Assembly (NCBI GenBank): GCA_951406725.2
Contig: OX597838.1
Coordinates: forward strand, 6,696,001 to 6,760,000
Source of the DNA: Octopus vulgaris
Taxonomy: Eukaryota
Direction: 5' to 3'
DNA: 64,000 nt
Positions 42,945 through 58,343 of this stretch are shown in pieces. The position numbers and the translations under genes were made by a program. The notes beneath the pieces are model-generated. The model ran no database searches. It was not told the DNA's origin and worked only from the letters and a program-made list of their open reading frames with translations. Every line of letters begins with the position of its first letter. Within the stretch, counting starts at the first letter, position 1.

Positions 42945-43485
42945 GTGGTTTTCTGATTGCAGCTCTCCCATGATATCGAGCTTTGTACATCTCCCGGTTA
43001 AAATTTTTTTGTGGAATCTGAGTTCTGAAGGTGGTCATTTAGCTCTGCCGTAATTTTGGGAGCTGTATTTTGTGAGCCTTCTAGCAATTCACGTACGAGT
43101 CAGACGGTCCCTATCTGCAAGTTTTGCTTTACTTCCGGAGTTTCGACAAAGAGGTTTTTCCCTCCTTCTCAAAGGCTGTCATTACTTTCGAGATTACTTC
43201 TTGATGCACCAAACATTTCGACTGTTTTCGTTAAGCTATCACCTGCCATACGAGCACCATCAATTTGATCACTTTGAAAGTACGATATATCTGTCATTTT
43301 AAAGAATTTAATTGCCTTTTCTGGTGACATCTGAAAAGAAAAAAGAAAATTAGCACAGCACGTAAAGTAATATTTATAATAAATCGAAAAACTTTAAAAT
43401 AAACAAGCTTTTTGACGGTTTTATAGATATTTCAAAATTACGATGCTATGATGCTAGGTGTTTCCATTATTTTTTCCAACCGCTG
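42945..43485 (-). mobile_element. Tc1-family DNA transposon, 5' half (terminal sequence plus decayed N-terminal DNA-binding region)
   Basis: TA|CAGCGGTTGGAAAAAATAATGGAAACACC terminus at 43485; ATG at 43297 gives MTDISYFQSDQIDGARMAGDSLTKTVEMFGASRS..SKVMTAFEKEGKT..TAPKITAELNDHLQN..YHGRAAIRKP, typical of Tc1 transposase N-termini. Confidence 0.88.
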
Positions 43486-43491
43486 TATATG

Positions 43492-43609
<118 letters not shown>

Positions 43610-43689
43610 TATATGTACATACATATACATATTTCAAACTATAACCGCGTGCGAATCGTTGGCGATCTTTATTCCTCTGTCTTCCTTTT

Positions 43690-43830
43690 CTATTGGACAT
43701 TCCTTTGTTTCTGAATAAGAGCTTTGTTCGAAGCATTAAACCATCTTTCTTTCTTTCATTCCCTGAGCGTCAGCTAAAACTTTACATGTACCTCATCCTC
43801 GCGTAATGGATTTTTTTGTGTGTTCTTCGT
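43690..43830 (+). mobile_element. Relative of family H with decayed hammerhead-like motif at 43707-43741
   Basis: GTTT-CTGAATA-A-GAGC-TTT-GTTC-GAAG-CA-TT-AAAC; downstream TCCCTGAGCGT shared with family H. Confidence 0.5.
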
Positions 43831-43851
43831 GTTTTCGGATATACTACACAC

Positions 43852-43949
<98 letters not shown>

Positions 43950-44110
43950 TTTTATCTCCTTGTTTTTTGCTGTGTCCCTTTCCGTAGAAGCGCGTAGGCT
44001 CGAAACGTAAAATACTTTTTCTATTCCTGAGCGTTATACTAATACATCTGTTTGTTCTGTACACCACCTGTGTTCGTCTTTTGTTTTTTTTTTCTTTGAA
44101 AACTCTCCCT
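43950..44110 (+). mobile_element. Repeat family H copy, motif at 43978-44013
   Basis: CTTT-CCGTAGA-A-GCGC-GTAG-GCTC-GAAA-CG-TA-AAAT...CCTGAGCGTTATACTAATACATCTGTTTGTT. Confidence 0.7.
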
Positions 44111-44617
44111 TTATATAGCTACACATATATATATATATATCTTATTTTAATATATATATATCTTGTAATAGTAGTGACAGTGGCAGGAGTAGGAGTAAGT
44201 AGTAGTAGTAGAAGTGGGTGGCAGCGGCGGTGTAGGTGGTGGTGATAGTAGTAGTGTTAGCGGTGGTGGTGCTTGTGGTGGTGGCGAAGGTGGAAGCCGT
44301 AACGACGGCGTTAGAACTGGCTCCATACATTCATAGTATTCACATTATAGTGTGTAAAAGACTACAAAGATATTAGGTTCTTTTTCTCAATTTCTTCCTC
44401 TCTTTTTGCATTTGTTTCGGTGTGTACAGGGGTTGGGTTGACGGTATTAGTTTGTTTGTTTCAATGTCGTTCGATTATATTTTCATTATATGACTCCTGT
44501 TATTATTGTTAATAACGTAGTACAATCGTAACAAAACCATTATTATAGTTTGTTTCTGTAATTAGTTGCGCTGCATAAAAGTACATATAGAGAGAACAAT
44601 TTTAAACGTCTATACTT

Positions 44618-44664
<47 letters not shown>

Positions 44665-44760
44665 ACCATATCTGAGTATATATATGTATATATATATAAG
44701 TGTATATATGTAAATATATATAGATATATATGTATATATATATATGCAGATATACATACA

Positions 44761-44836
<76 letters not shown>

Positions 44837-44890
44837 TGTATATATATATATATATACATACATATATATATATATAGATAGATAGATGTA

Positions 44891-44922
<32 letters not shown>

Positions 44923-45207
44923 GTATATGTATATTTGTTTTTATCGATATTTTTATTAGTTGTTGCTGTTTCCTTTGAAGCATAAATGAAGGAGAAGGGG
45001 TATGTTCTGAATTCTATAAATATGGTGACTAATAATAGATTTACAAGAATGGAGAGGATTTGACAAACTACTCCAAAGACGCAACGAACTGGTATATAAA
45101 TATATGTTTAGACATTGTCACACCACACACAGACACGCACGCATACACGCAGAGTCCTCCTTACACTTACAAACGCATACACATGCATATGCATGCTTAA
45201 ATAGGAA

Positions 45208-45286
<79 letters not shown>

Positions 45287-45289
45287 GTA

Positions 45290-45332
<43 letters not shown>

Positions 45333-45374
45333 GTGTATATATATATATATATAAATATATATATATATACGTGT

Positions 45375-45408
<34 letters not shown>

Positions 45409-45778
45409 ATATAGATAGCTAGATAGATAGATAGATAGATTGATTGATAGATAGATAATCAAATGTAGATATATATATATATATATATATGTTTGTGTGT
45501 AATATGTATATATATATATTTGTGTGTGTGTGTGTGTGTGTGTGTGACATGAATGTACATTTGTACAGATGGAGAGATACAAAGAGTGAGAGAGAAGAAG
45601 GAACTTGCATTGATACATGCATCCACCTATAATCTACTTTTAACATATACATATACTGTAGACAATTAATGAGTATTCATACTGGTATATGCATTGATAT
45701 ACATATAGCTATATAAGTCTTTGTATATTTAAGTATATATATATGCACATATAAGTTACGTATATATATTTACACCCC

Positions 45779-45810
<32 letters not shown>

Positions 45811-46099
45811 CACTTTTGCACATACATTCAAACACGGCACCACAAACAGAACACACGCACATATATATGTATACATATTTATGTATGTTGCTGTACAGTC
45901 GTGTATACATGCATGTGTATACATACAAGTCAATATTGATTTCTTGTTCATACGCAAAGACAAAAACAGTATATAATACCGAAAAATAAATGCAAAGAAA
46001 CACAGCATTCACCCACACAATTCTATGCATACATTCAGACCAATATTTTTATATATACATATGTATATATATAAATAATAGTCATACGTCTATGTTTGT

Positions 46100-46150
<51 letters not shown>

Positions 46151-46799
46151 TATGTCTATGTTTGTACGTATATTTAAATATGTATATATACATATATATA
46201 TGTATGTGTGTGTGTGTGTGTAGATATATATATATATATATATATAAATATAAAATCATGTATGTATACAATATGCGGGAATTATATACAAGGAAATACA
46301 TGATCATAAATCCGATATCAGACAACAAAAATCGATATTATCAAGCATTGTTTTCATAATATAGCTCTATTTTGAACGAAGTAATCGTCAGTGCAATGTT
46401 TCCAAACTTTCAATGTCTATAGTACAAACACAAAAACTGTATTTCCCTCAGAGCTAACTATGGTATATTCACAATTAGCTAGACATTTACCGGAGATGAA
46501 TAGAGTATGTGGCGGGGGGTCAAATGCAGACATTGGTTAGTGCATAGATATTTTCATAAATTCAAACAATAAATCTGTCGATTGGAAAAATACGAGGAAT
46601 CTAAAATTCCAATATAAGAAACAATATCTCAGACAGTCTTCTATGATCATTCAGGTGACCTGAACTGCACAAGATTTGCGATGTGCATAGGTGCACTTAT
46701 ACATCGATTCCCACACACGCACACACATGTGTATTTATCTATGTAACTATTCTGTATCTATGCACACATACATGTGTGTGTATATATATATAGATATAT

Positions 46800-46877
<78 letters not shown>

Positions 46878-46989
46878 AAACTTGACTTAAACAAGATTCG
46901 AATAATCTTATCAAGTGGTGCTATTAACTTAGACATGGCCTGGACCAATCTTTGGTCGAAACATATCTAAGTTATCTAAGTTATCTAAG

Positions 46990-47041
<52 letters not shown>

Positions 47042-47129
47042 GTGAGTAAAATTAGCTGTATCCTTTCCCCTGCCAAGACAGGATCGTGTGGGACCGTTTC
47101 CAGGTACTATGGCTTCTATAATCCTCATC

Positions 47130-47266
47130 TGTTTGGGAGCAAAGCAAATTGAAATAAAGTATCTTGCTCGAGAACACAATATGTGGCCCGGTCCAGAAAT
47201 CGAAACCAGAATGTTAACTTATATTCATAAATAACAAAACTTAAGAACCAAACCACACGTCTCCAC
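47130..47266 (-). mobile_element. SINE family C older subtype, head fragment
   Basis: Minus strand GTGGAGACGTGTGG...GGTTTCGATTTCTGGACCGGGC...CTCGAGCAAGATACTTTATTTCA. Confidence 0.6.
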
Positions 47267-47280
47267 ATATGCATACATAG

Positions 47281-47370
<90 letters not shown>

Positions 47371-47508
47371 TGTGCGCGTGTGTATGTGTATGTCCCAACA
47401 ATCGTTTAACAACCGATGTTGATGTGTTTGGTTTCCAAAACATAAGGTGGTACTCCAGCATGGCTACATTTAAATGACAGAGCGAAATAAAATAATAGAA
47501 GAAAAGAA

Positions 47509-47645
<137 letters not shown>

Positions 47646-47657
47646 GAGGATGGATAG

Positions 47658-47747
<90 letters not shown>

Positions 47748-47852
47748 TTGATAGATAGGTAGGTAGGTAACTTTTTGTTTCAGATGCCATCCCATTTTGT
47801 GGTCACGGGGTGATCGAGAGATAAGCATATATTCTGTACAGAAGGAATTATC

Positions 47853-48064
47853 TATACTCTTTTTTTAACTTGTTTCAGTCATTTGATTGCGGCCATGCTG
47901 GGGCACCGTCTTTAGTCGAGCAAATCGACCCCAGGACTTATTCTTTGTAAACCTAGTACATATTCTATCGGACTCTTTTGCCGAACCTCTGAGTTACGGG
48001 TATGTAAACACACCAGCATCGGTTGTCAATCGATAATGGGCGGGAGACAAAAACAGACACACAA

Positions 48065-48149
<85 letters not shown>

Positions 48150-48303
48150 CGACGGGCTTCTTTCAGTTTCTGTCTACCAAATCCATTCACATGGCTTTGA
48201 TCGGCTCGAGACTATAGTAGAAGACAGTTGCCCAAGTTTCCACGCTGTGAGACTGAACCCAGAACTATGTGGTTGGTAAGCAAGCTACTTACCACACAGA
48301 CAC
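47853..48303 (-). mobile_element. SINE family B, full length with expanded internal microsatellite
   Basis: Colinear with 23932-24333; internal (CA)n(TA)n at ~48057-48149. Confidence 0.9.
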
Positions 48304-49796
48304 TCAATAATCTTTTTGACTTTTCTCTTTTAGTTTCGTATATAGAATTCGTATTCTGTGTTCTCATCAGTTTTCTACATCTTTGCCCTTCGCATCGGCA
48401 GTTTTTACATGTATTTTTTTTAAAAAGCGGAATATTTTGAATTTGTCCATTTGAACATGTCTAGTTTCCAGAATTCTAGAATATGAATGTCTGATTTGTT
48501 GCTCGTGAACCCTAACCCAGTCTTTAACTCTGAACGTAATTCGTTTATGTAGCTATCACTGAACAGAGGAACATGATGCTGTAGTAAGATTTTTCTCTGT
48601 TTCTATTAGCATTAAAATTCCACTTTGTCTTCTCCTTGAGCATCTTTCCCAATTTCTCTGTTTAATCATTTCACATGTTTCAAAAATCTCTTCAGACCTT
48701 AAGCATGTTTTCTTTTTCTGGTTTGGATTTTACTTTCGTGAAAATTCTTATGATATTTGGGAGTTGTCATCACGCGTTAACTGGTTGTGACTCTTTAATT
48801 ATTCTTCAAAAAATTTGTATTTAGCGTAGAAATGTATACGCATCTTGTACTTTGGGGACACTCCACCTTTGCGATATATTCACACTGCTAAAAACCTTGG
48901 TAAAAGTAAAACTGGAATGTTCCTGCACGTAACCTTGAAGTATTCATAGCTCTACAGGATCCATCGACCTGCACCTAAAAAACACAGATAGATACACACT
49001 GAGGTTTTACTGCTTAGGAATTTATCTATTCAATCAAGCTACAGTTTCAACACATGTCCGGGTCTTTGCTGAATTTCGTAAAATGAGCCATCAACAACTT
49101 CAGTAAACCCTCAAAGAATTTACAAGCATGCTCTGTAGAACGTGCTCAGACGTTTTGAAACTTGGTGTAATTAGAAGTCTGTCGCATTTATATATACTCA
49201 ATCGATGTAGAATATTCACTGATATAGGGCCTTACATTTCGGTTTCCCTACAATTCTCATCACAAATATTTGTTTCGATTCAACCGACTCTAGTATTTCG
49301 CCATAAATTGTAGGTCTATGTGCCGATGTGAGAAACCATTAAATTACATTGTGGTCGTCTGTATGAGGCATATCTTCACGAAAATGTTTTCTGATAGTAT
49401 GGAAAAATGCAGATCAGCGGAAAGGGCAAGTGAGAGAGAGAGAGAGAGCGGTGAGGGAGAAAAAGATACTAAGAAACGCACGTACATATCAAAGCGCAAA
49501 TACACACTCACATACTCTGAAATACACTAACATACACACAGAGATATACAGGCATGTACAGAGTGAGAGAAAGAGAGAGAGAGAGGTAGCGAGGGAATTG
49601 TGTGATAGAAACTGAGATTTCATGTCTTAAGAATATATGCCATATAAACGTAACTGCTTACACATGTATATATATATGACTGTGTGTGAGTATGTGTGCG
49701 TATGCATATACGTTGATGTGTATATGCGTGTATATGTATGTGTATATATATAAAATATGTATGCATATATAAATTCATACATAAATACATACATAA

Positions 49797-49827
<31 letters not shown>

Positions 49828-50586
49828 CATATAAATATACATATATATTTATATATATACACACACATATATATATTTATGTATGTATGTATGTTTATGC
49901 GAGATGTATATTGAGAGAATCGGGGAGGGAGGGAGGGAGAGAGAGAGATTGAGTGTGATGAGGGGACAAACAGACAGAGAGAGTTTCATGTCTTAAGAAA
50001 CTGTATCACGTGTATATTTCCAACTTTATAAGCGGAAAATCTAAAAAGAGAACTAAGAGATCAAACGTAGAGAAATTATAGAAAATCTTTTCAAGGTCCG
50101 ATAGTCAATTCTTACATCACCAAATCGTTCAGCTACATAAACAGTTTATTGGATGTCCATCATCTTTCCCCTATGACAGTTATTAGCTAGATCGGATGTT
50201 GAAATTTCTTTCAGATCTGGCCATATTGTTCGACAGTTAACTTAACAATGGCGGCAACCAATAACTATCAAAGATTAGGCGTTTCTCAAATGAATCTGAC
50301 GTGTAAGTCTTATATATGGCCGCCATACTTACACTTCGTCTTGTCTGCTGTGCAACTGGAGCGGATGTCAGTAACTTTCTATGAAAGTGCGTGAGCGCTC
50401 GCATGTGGGAATGCATGTCTACCAAACCGTGCTTTACTGACAGTGTATTTACGCTTGAGCGTGTGTGAGGGAATGTGGTGGGTTTATACTTACAGACATA
50501 TACACAATATATATATATATGTATATATATGCATATATATGTGCATATATATGCATATTTATACACACATATATACATATATATAT

Positions 50587-50651
<65 letters not shown>

Positions 50652-50799
50652 TATGCATATATATATGCACATATATATGCTTATTCATACACATATACAT
50701 ATATATATGTATATATACATATCTACACATATATACATACACACACTCGCCACTCGCGCCCGCACACACACACACACATATATATATATTTATATATAC

Positions 50800-50890
<91 letters not shown>

Positions 50891-51314
50891 CATGTTTATG
50901 TATGTGTGTGTATGAGTATTTCTATGTTTGCGAATTCGTTTAATACAAGAAGGAAATTGATGCATGAAACTAGGTTTATTGCGGAATAAAAGGAATGGAA
51001 GCTGCATAACAATATCAGTGAGAGTATCTATGTGATTGTGGAGTGAATGCGATGTGCCTTTCTGTGGTTGTGACGTCACATGCGTCACAAGTGTGAAGAG
51101 TAACATGATTCAATTTCGACTTATATCTTTCAGCCAAACAAAGTTTCACCCCGACATTAAAGACGTGTTAATGGACAGACCGCTACACACAAGCACATAT
51201 ACACCTACACAGCCCCATGCATAAATACACGACCTATCATCCATCATTCCATGCACATAATACGTACATACATATTTATAAATATGCATTCGTAAACATA
51301 CAGAGACATACACA

Positions 51315-51351
<37 letters not shown>

Positions 51352-51354
51352 AAA

Positions 51355-51434
<80 letters not shown>

Positions 51435-51438
<4 letters not shown>

Positions 51439-52593
51439 TTCATCCCATAAATGATGCGGTTCTTTCATTTCCATTGACTAAAGGGTGGATGAGGACGATG
51501 GTAAAATACTGCATCAACTTGCTATAAAAGCGGGTAATAATTTTTCCTTGGTGCAAGTTTTGCAGAGTGCAGTTCGATTTTAACAGTTTTTTTTATCCAT
51601 ACTCGAATGGAAGTTACAAAAGAGCATATTCCTTATATTTTTTTTTTATAAGTTCAATAAATGCTACAACGCAACGGAATGTGCAACGCTGGTTGCAGAA
51701 ATTCCGATCCGGAGACTAAAGCCAAGTAAACGAACCTCGTCCTGCAAGATTTCCAGCGGGCGATGATGACGCCCTGCAAACCCTGGTGGAACAAAATCCC
51801 ATTGTAACTGTTGAAGAGCTAGCAGAGAAGCTTGGATTTCCTCATTCAACCATTCATCGACACCTGCGTGCCACTGGGTAAGTCAACATATTGGGTTAAT
51901 CGTTTCCTTGTAAACTTTCCATGTCTACTCACAGGCAGAGACTGAATATTGGCTCTTTTCTGTCACGTCTCATGAATGAACTATTTTCGGACTTTACAGT
52001 GACTGATGTCTACAAATGGATTCTCTACAAAAAAAAATGTCAATCGATGAAGACACTGGGTAGCGAAAGGCGAAACGCCGGCACCCCAGGCTGAAGCAAG
52101 TTTTCACCGATATATGGGGACGTTATCTCTTTGGTGGGATATGAAAGGTTTAGTACACATTAAAATTTAAAACCCAAACCAGATGATAACAAAGGAGTTC
52201 TACTGCGACCACCTTGAGCGCCTGAAAGAAAAACGACCATCCTTGGTTTCAAGACGAAAGGTTATCTTCCTTAAGAATGATGTGCAGCAACATACAGCGA
52301 AGATGACATTCGAAAGGCTGAACAGTTTGAATGGGAAACGATGCCCCACCCAGCATATTCGCTGGACATTGCTCCATCTAGATTATCATTGATTCTGCAG
52401 TTTTCAAAATCATTTGGACGGAACAGTATTGGAGAAGAATTTTTCGTCATGGGCAAGTGAACTTTGGAAGAGAGTTCTTACAAATATTCGAGATAAATGG
52501 AAGAGCTGTGGAGAAAATGGTGGAGAGTATATTTTAGATTAGAAACGAACTTTGTTTATCTTCAATTTGACAAGGTAAAGTATATAAAAAAAC
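51435..52593 (+). mobile_element. Mariner DNA transposon, decayed, inserted at (TA)n; right TIR lost
   Basis: TA|TTGGTTCATCCCATAAATGATGCGGT terminus followed by a transposase remnant. Confidence 0.9.
51607..52542 (+). pseudogene. Mariner transposase pseudogene
   Basis: MEVTKEHI...DDDALQTLVEQNPIVTVEELAEKLGFPHSTIHRHL...LWWDMKG...EFYCDHLERLKEKRP...HPAYSLDIAPS (YSPDLAP motif)...NGGEYILD*; many stops and frameshifts. Confidence 0.9.
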
Positions 52594-52594
52594 C

Positions 52595-52804
52595 TCAACC
52601 TTTTGAATGTCATCTTCGCTGTATGTTGCTGCACATCATTCTCAAGGAAGATAACCTTTCGTCTTGAAACCAAGGGGGGTCGTCTTTCTTCAAGCGCTGA
52701 CTTAAGGCGTTCAAGGTGGTCGCAGTAGAACTCCTTTGTTATCGTCTGGTCTGCGTTTAAAAGTTTAATGTGTACTAAACCTTTCATATCCCACCAAAGA
52801 GATA
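52595..52804 (-). mobile_element. Inverted internal fragment of the same mariner
   Basis: Reverse complement matches 52124-52320 (ISLWWDMKGLVHIK...HTAKMTF) and retains 12 bp missing from the forward copy. Confidence 0.9.
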
Positions 52805-52822
52805 TGTGTGCCCGTGTGTGTG

Positions 52823-52855
<33 letters not shown>

Positions 52856-52881
52856 TCTCTTCGGGTAAAATATGTGTAAGT

Positions 52882-52915
<34 letters not shown>

Positions 52916-53467
52916 ATGTGTGTGTGTGTGTGTGCATGTGTATGTATGGATATGTCTATACACACACATACATATAGATAAATTTATAGATAGATACGGA
53001 TATGTCGATATGTGTGTATTTGTCAGAGTGCACGTATTATTCTGGGTTCCATACACATATTATAAGTGAGAATATTTTGTATATTAGCCCGTGTGTTTAT
53101 AGATACGTAATAAAAAGCTATGTATTATAAACATAACTAACGTGTATACACCTCCCACAAGATTATAAGACACTATGGTTGCTGCCAGAACAGCGAAACA
53201 ATCACAGCCACGGGCACATAGAAAAACACATATACACAAACGATTCAATAAATGTTCTCTTAAACTTCAACGAAGCGTTTCTACGCACATATATACACAA
53301 GCAATACGTATTCACATAACAATGAGTGTTGCATGTTGCACTCTATCTAAGGACAAAAATATTACGTTAATGTCCGCAGGTGAAATGGTTAGAGTTGAAA
53401 TAGTATAAAATTAGCACAATCATATTAACTACATATAGGCTTCTAATGTATGTCATGGTAAGTGTAA

Positions 53468-53531
<64 letters not shown>

Positions 53532-53641
53532 ATATATACGAAAAAAGAGAGATGCATAAATAGATAGTAGATGAACAAATGCATATGCATATATATATAC
53601 ACACATATATATATATTATATATATTTATCTATATATATAC

Positions 53642-53703
<62 letters not shown>

Positions 53704-53710
53704 AAATGCT

Positions 53711-53745
<35 letters not shown>

Positions 53746-53959
53746 TATATAATATACATATATGTGTGTGTATTTGTGTGTGCAAAATCGCCTGTGTACA
53801 CATATATATAGATTCACATATTTAATAAAAAAAATCTTGAAGACTACAACAGACACGACCTTTACACCAGTTACCACCTTCATGTCAATAGTTGAGACGT
53901 TTCAGAAATGTACTTTTATGATTGTCAAGTACGTATGCTATATTATATATACATACATA

Positions 53960-54017
<58 letters not shown>

Positions 54018-54427
54018 AGCATGTATGTATGTTGGTATATATGTATATAGCGAGCTAGTAAGAATCAAGATATATCTAAAAAGCGAAAAGTAAAATTAAA
54101 AAAGCAAGAAATCGCTTTCTATGTCGTAAGTCTTCTTATTAGACTTACTTCAGTCAGCGATGATCATACAATTCTTAAAAGCTAAAGTGACAGATAACAT
54201 ATATGTAAGTATATATATATATGTATCTATGTATCTATATATCTATCTATATACATATATGTGTGTGTTTGTGTGTGTGTCTGTGTGTATACTTATATAA
54301 TAATATGTAGGTATATGTATGAATGTAAGAATATATGTATATATATATATATACATATATATATATGCACACATATAGAATCATATATTTGTGTGTGTGT
54401 GTGCATGTATATGTATATATACGTACG

Positions 54428-54465
<38 letters not shown>

Positions 54466-54487
54466 CACATATATCTATATCTACGTA

Positions 54488-54531
<44 letters not shown>

Positions 54532-54933
54532 CTCACATTCATATATTTGTATATGTACCTACCAAAGAAATATATTGCGGGGAACCTATTCACGTTGTCA
54601 CTGGTTTTATAGGTATGCTTTCTGTTGGTATGCATACTAACACACAAGCGTACATCGCACATAAATTATTCAGTTAGAGATATGTACGCGCTCACACACG
54701 CGGACGCTCATCCGCACACTTACTTATGCACAAGCACACACACACATATACACACACACCCACAAGCATTTCTGTATATGTACGTATGTGTGTGTGATTC
54801 TGTGTACGTGCACATGGGTGTACCCTACATGCGAGAGTTAGTGGATGTGCATTCGCCCGTATATACACTTACATATGCATGCGTACATGCATGTACATAA
54901 ATTATATTCATACACACACCTTCGCGCATTTAT

Positions 54934-54998
<65 letters not shown>

Positions 54999-55263
54999 TA
55001 CATATATACATACATATACATATACATATATATATATGTATACATATATATAAATATATATATATATATATATGATTTTGATTTGATTTTTATATTTATA
55101 TATATATACTGGGAGAGCATGGTGGAGGAAGATATATATTTGGATATATATACATGTATATCCATTACCGAATATGTACTGCTTAACAGAACCGATATTT
55201 GACCTGCCTGTCCTTATATCTATCAAAACAATAATACAAGATATGTGCTTTTTGTGTTAAACT

Positions 55264-55321
<58 letters not shown>

Positions 55322-55504
55322 AATGTAAATGTATCGCTCCTGTAAGAGAAGAAATCAAACTAAAGAAATTCTTTTAGAGTCGTTCTTTTGTTCTTTAACC
55401 CTTTTATATGGAACGTCACGGAAAGTGACAATCAAATTCTGTCCCGACTTGCCTTATTTATTAACCACTGATATATATGCATGGCTATACATATATCCAT
55501 ATAC

Positions 55505-55568
<64 letters not shown>

Positions 55569-55617
55569 GTATATATGTTTGCGTTAGTGTTATATATATA
55601 TTTATATATGCATACTG

Positions 55618-55656
<39 letters not shown>

Positions 55657-57583
55657 TATGTATATATTACACACACACACATGTTTATATATTCACAGAG
55701 ATAAGGAGCGAGGTGAGGAGAAAATGAAATGGTGGCCGTTAAATTACAAACGTGTTTTCCTTTTATGTAAACCAGCTTTTTTGGCCTCGCTCAGAAAATT
55801 AATTACATTTGCCAGTTGCAACAGTGCATATTTTGCTCTCAGTGACCGGAAAAATGAAGATCATCCTGACATGTTTCCTTTTCTGTTTTTTTGTTCTGTT
55901 TTTTTTTTTTTAAAATTTCATCAATGAAAAGTAATTATTTTTGATAAGTACCGCTTGAATAACACCTTGATATTTTTTTGGCATCAAGTATACTTTTTAA
56001 GAAAACCAAACTAACTCAATCTTAATTTTCTTGAGATTAAAATCATTCGCAGCAATTAATAGGAGCCCTACACATGCAACTACTCAGATAAGAAAAAAAA
56101 AACACCCAAACGATCTTTGATAAATCTGTTTAAAATACCGTGACATTACTATGACTAATCTTTATTTACTGCTCAGAAAGAGAAAGAAATAATTTTGTGG
56201 TGAAATCACAACACAACATATTTTAGCCTCGTTCTGAAGAAAGTGTATCTTGAAAATCCATGCAAAAATAGGTGTTTATGAAGAATACACAAAAGCCGTC
56301 ACTTCATTTTATATTTCAAATTTTCCTATCGCCATGTTACGCTCCTGGAAACTACATTTTGCGAAGGAATGGGAAAGGGCTGGCTCCTTACGCTCAATCT
56401 TGTTTATTGAAATATTAAACAAACTCCATCACGGTGTCCTTCATGCTTTCCCAACTAATTACGCTTCTGTAATTTCTGTTGCTTTAAAACTATTTTCAAA
56501 CACACATGACTCTAATTACTTCCAATATGTCTTTCTTTTAAAATGTTATTGTCATTTGCGGTTCCTTTATTTTCCGTAAATTTCATCTTCATCAAAAATT
56601 AAATTCTGTGTTCCTTTGTTTTCTGTCAATGTTGGTTCTATAGCTTCTTTTTGCCCATATTTGTTTTATTTTTTGTCATTTTTGTGTTATTTTGTTAACT
56701 TTGCAGTATTCTGTCACAATATTCTATAGGGAAATTATAATGAATCCTTGCGAAATTTATTGATTAATCAGTCCCCTCTTTTGGGTATTAAAGAATTCCT
56801 GCTACTGCTGCAACTTACGCTGCAAAATCTGTCAGTCATAGCTGAGACCGCTTCTCTTCAGGAAATATTCTTCAAGAAAGTGTAGTTACCCATAAACGCA
56901 ACGTACAAATAACAATTTAATCATGAAGTGAATCTTCGCTCTATTCATATACAGGTACTCTTGGAGTTTCGAGATCAATAGGCCTGTTTATAGAGCTCTT
57001 TGATTACTTCATTTACCGTGAAATGTATAGAGGTTCCATGGTTAAAATTTGTTCTGTGATTGACTCCGAAAGCGCAGTGCCTGTTAACTACATCGAAACC
57101 CTGTACTGAATGCGCGCAGGAGTGTGGGCTTATATAAATTGATGATAATGCTATTGGGAATTGAAGAAACGTAAATGTGTTAAATCAATTTGTATAGATG
57201 TCCTATGTGAAACGCAAAGTAGAACAAATAATGAAATCTTATAAGGATATGTTAATGCCTCTGGCAATTATTTGCGACTCAGAAAGAAAATTGGGAGTTA
57301 TTTCCATAAATCTAATAGCACAGTATATAATAATATCATATATAGCGGTTCAAAGGACATCAGGGCCAGGTCTTTGTCATACTAAACATCTCATTAGCAA
57401 AGCGCATATTTCTAGGTTTGCTTTGTTCGGTTGGCATGGGTTTTTACAATAGCGAAACGAAAAGCATAGATTTGGGACTTGGGTAGTTTTCACAATGTCC
57501 TGAGATTATAAAGTTCACTGGGGGCTGAGTTTCCAAAGCACAGACGCAAATATACACGCGGGTTGACAGTTACTTCAATTATC

Positions 57584-57799
57584 AAGGCGGCGAGTTGGCA
57601 GAAACGTTAGCACGCCGGGCGGAATGCTTAGCAGTATTGCGTCTGTCTTTACGTTCTGAGTTCAAATTCCACCGAGGTTGAATTTGCGTTTCATCCTTTC
57701 CAGGTCAATAAATCAAAGTACCAGTTGCGTACTGGGTCTATGTAATCGACTGGTCTCTCTTCAAAAATGTCATGCCTTGAGCCTAGAGTAGAAAAGAAT
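57584..57799 (+). mobile_element. SINE family A (tail type 2)
   Basis: AAGGCGGCGAGTTGGCAGAAACGTTAGCACG...GCCTTGAGCCTAGAGTAGAAAAGAAT. Confidence 0.9.
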
Positions 57800-58013
57800 G
57801 ATCACCTACTATCGGATTAGCATATCGTAAAGTCCCAAACAACAAGAAATCCATAAATTTCACTCTCATGTCAATATTGAGTCACGCCACCAATTACGTT
57901 GATGTTTTTTTTTATTTTTAAACTTTCCTAAAATTAAACTTAATTTAGCATTATGTTTAATTAAATTTATAGACATACATATATAATCCTTATTATTATT
58001 ATTATTATTATTA

Positions 58014-58100
<87 letters not shown>

Positions 58101-58126
58101 TTATCATAATTATTATTATTATTATT

Positions 58127-58168
<42 letters not shown>

Positions 58169-58239
58169 GTCATCATTATATATTTGTGTGTATATATATA
58201 CACATGCATATATACATGTATATATATATATATATATAC

Positions 58240-58343
<104 letters not shown>

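Noticed and set aside
50325-50345. ATACTTAC resembling the U1 snRNA 5' end
   Set aside because: Match stops after 8 nt; better read as a minus-strand GTAAGT donor-like site or chance.
51069-51080. TGTGACGTCACA palindrome containing a CRE site
   Set aside because: A single 12-bp motif without other support is plausible by chance.
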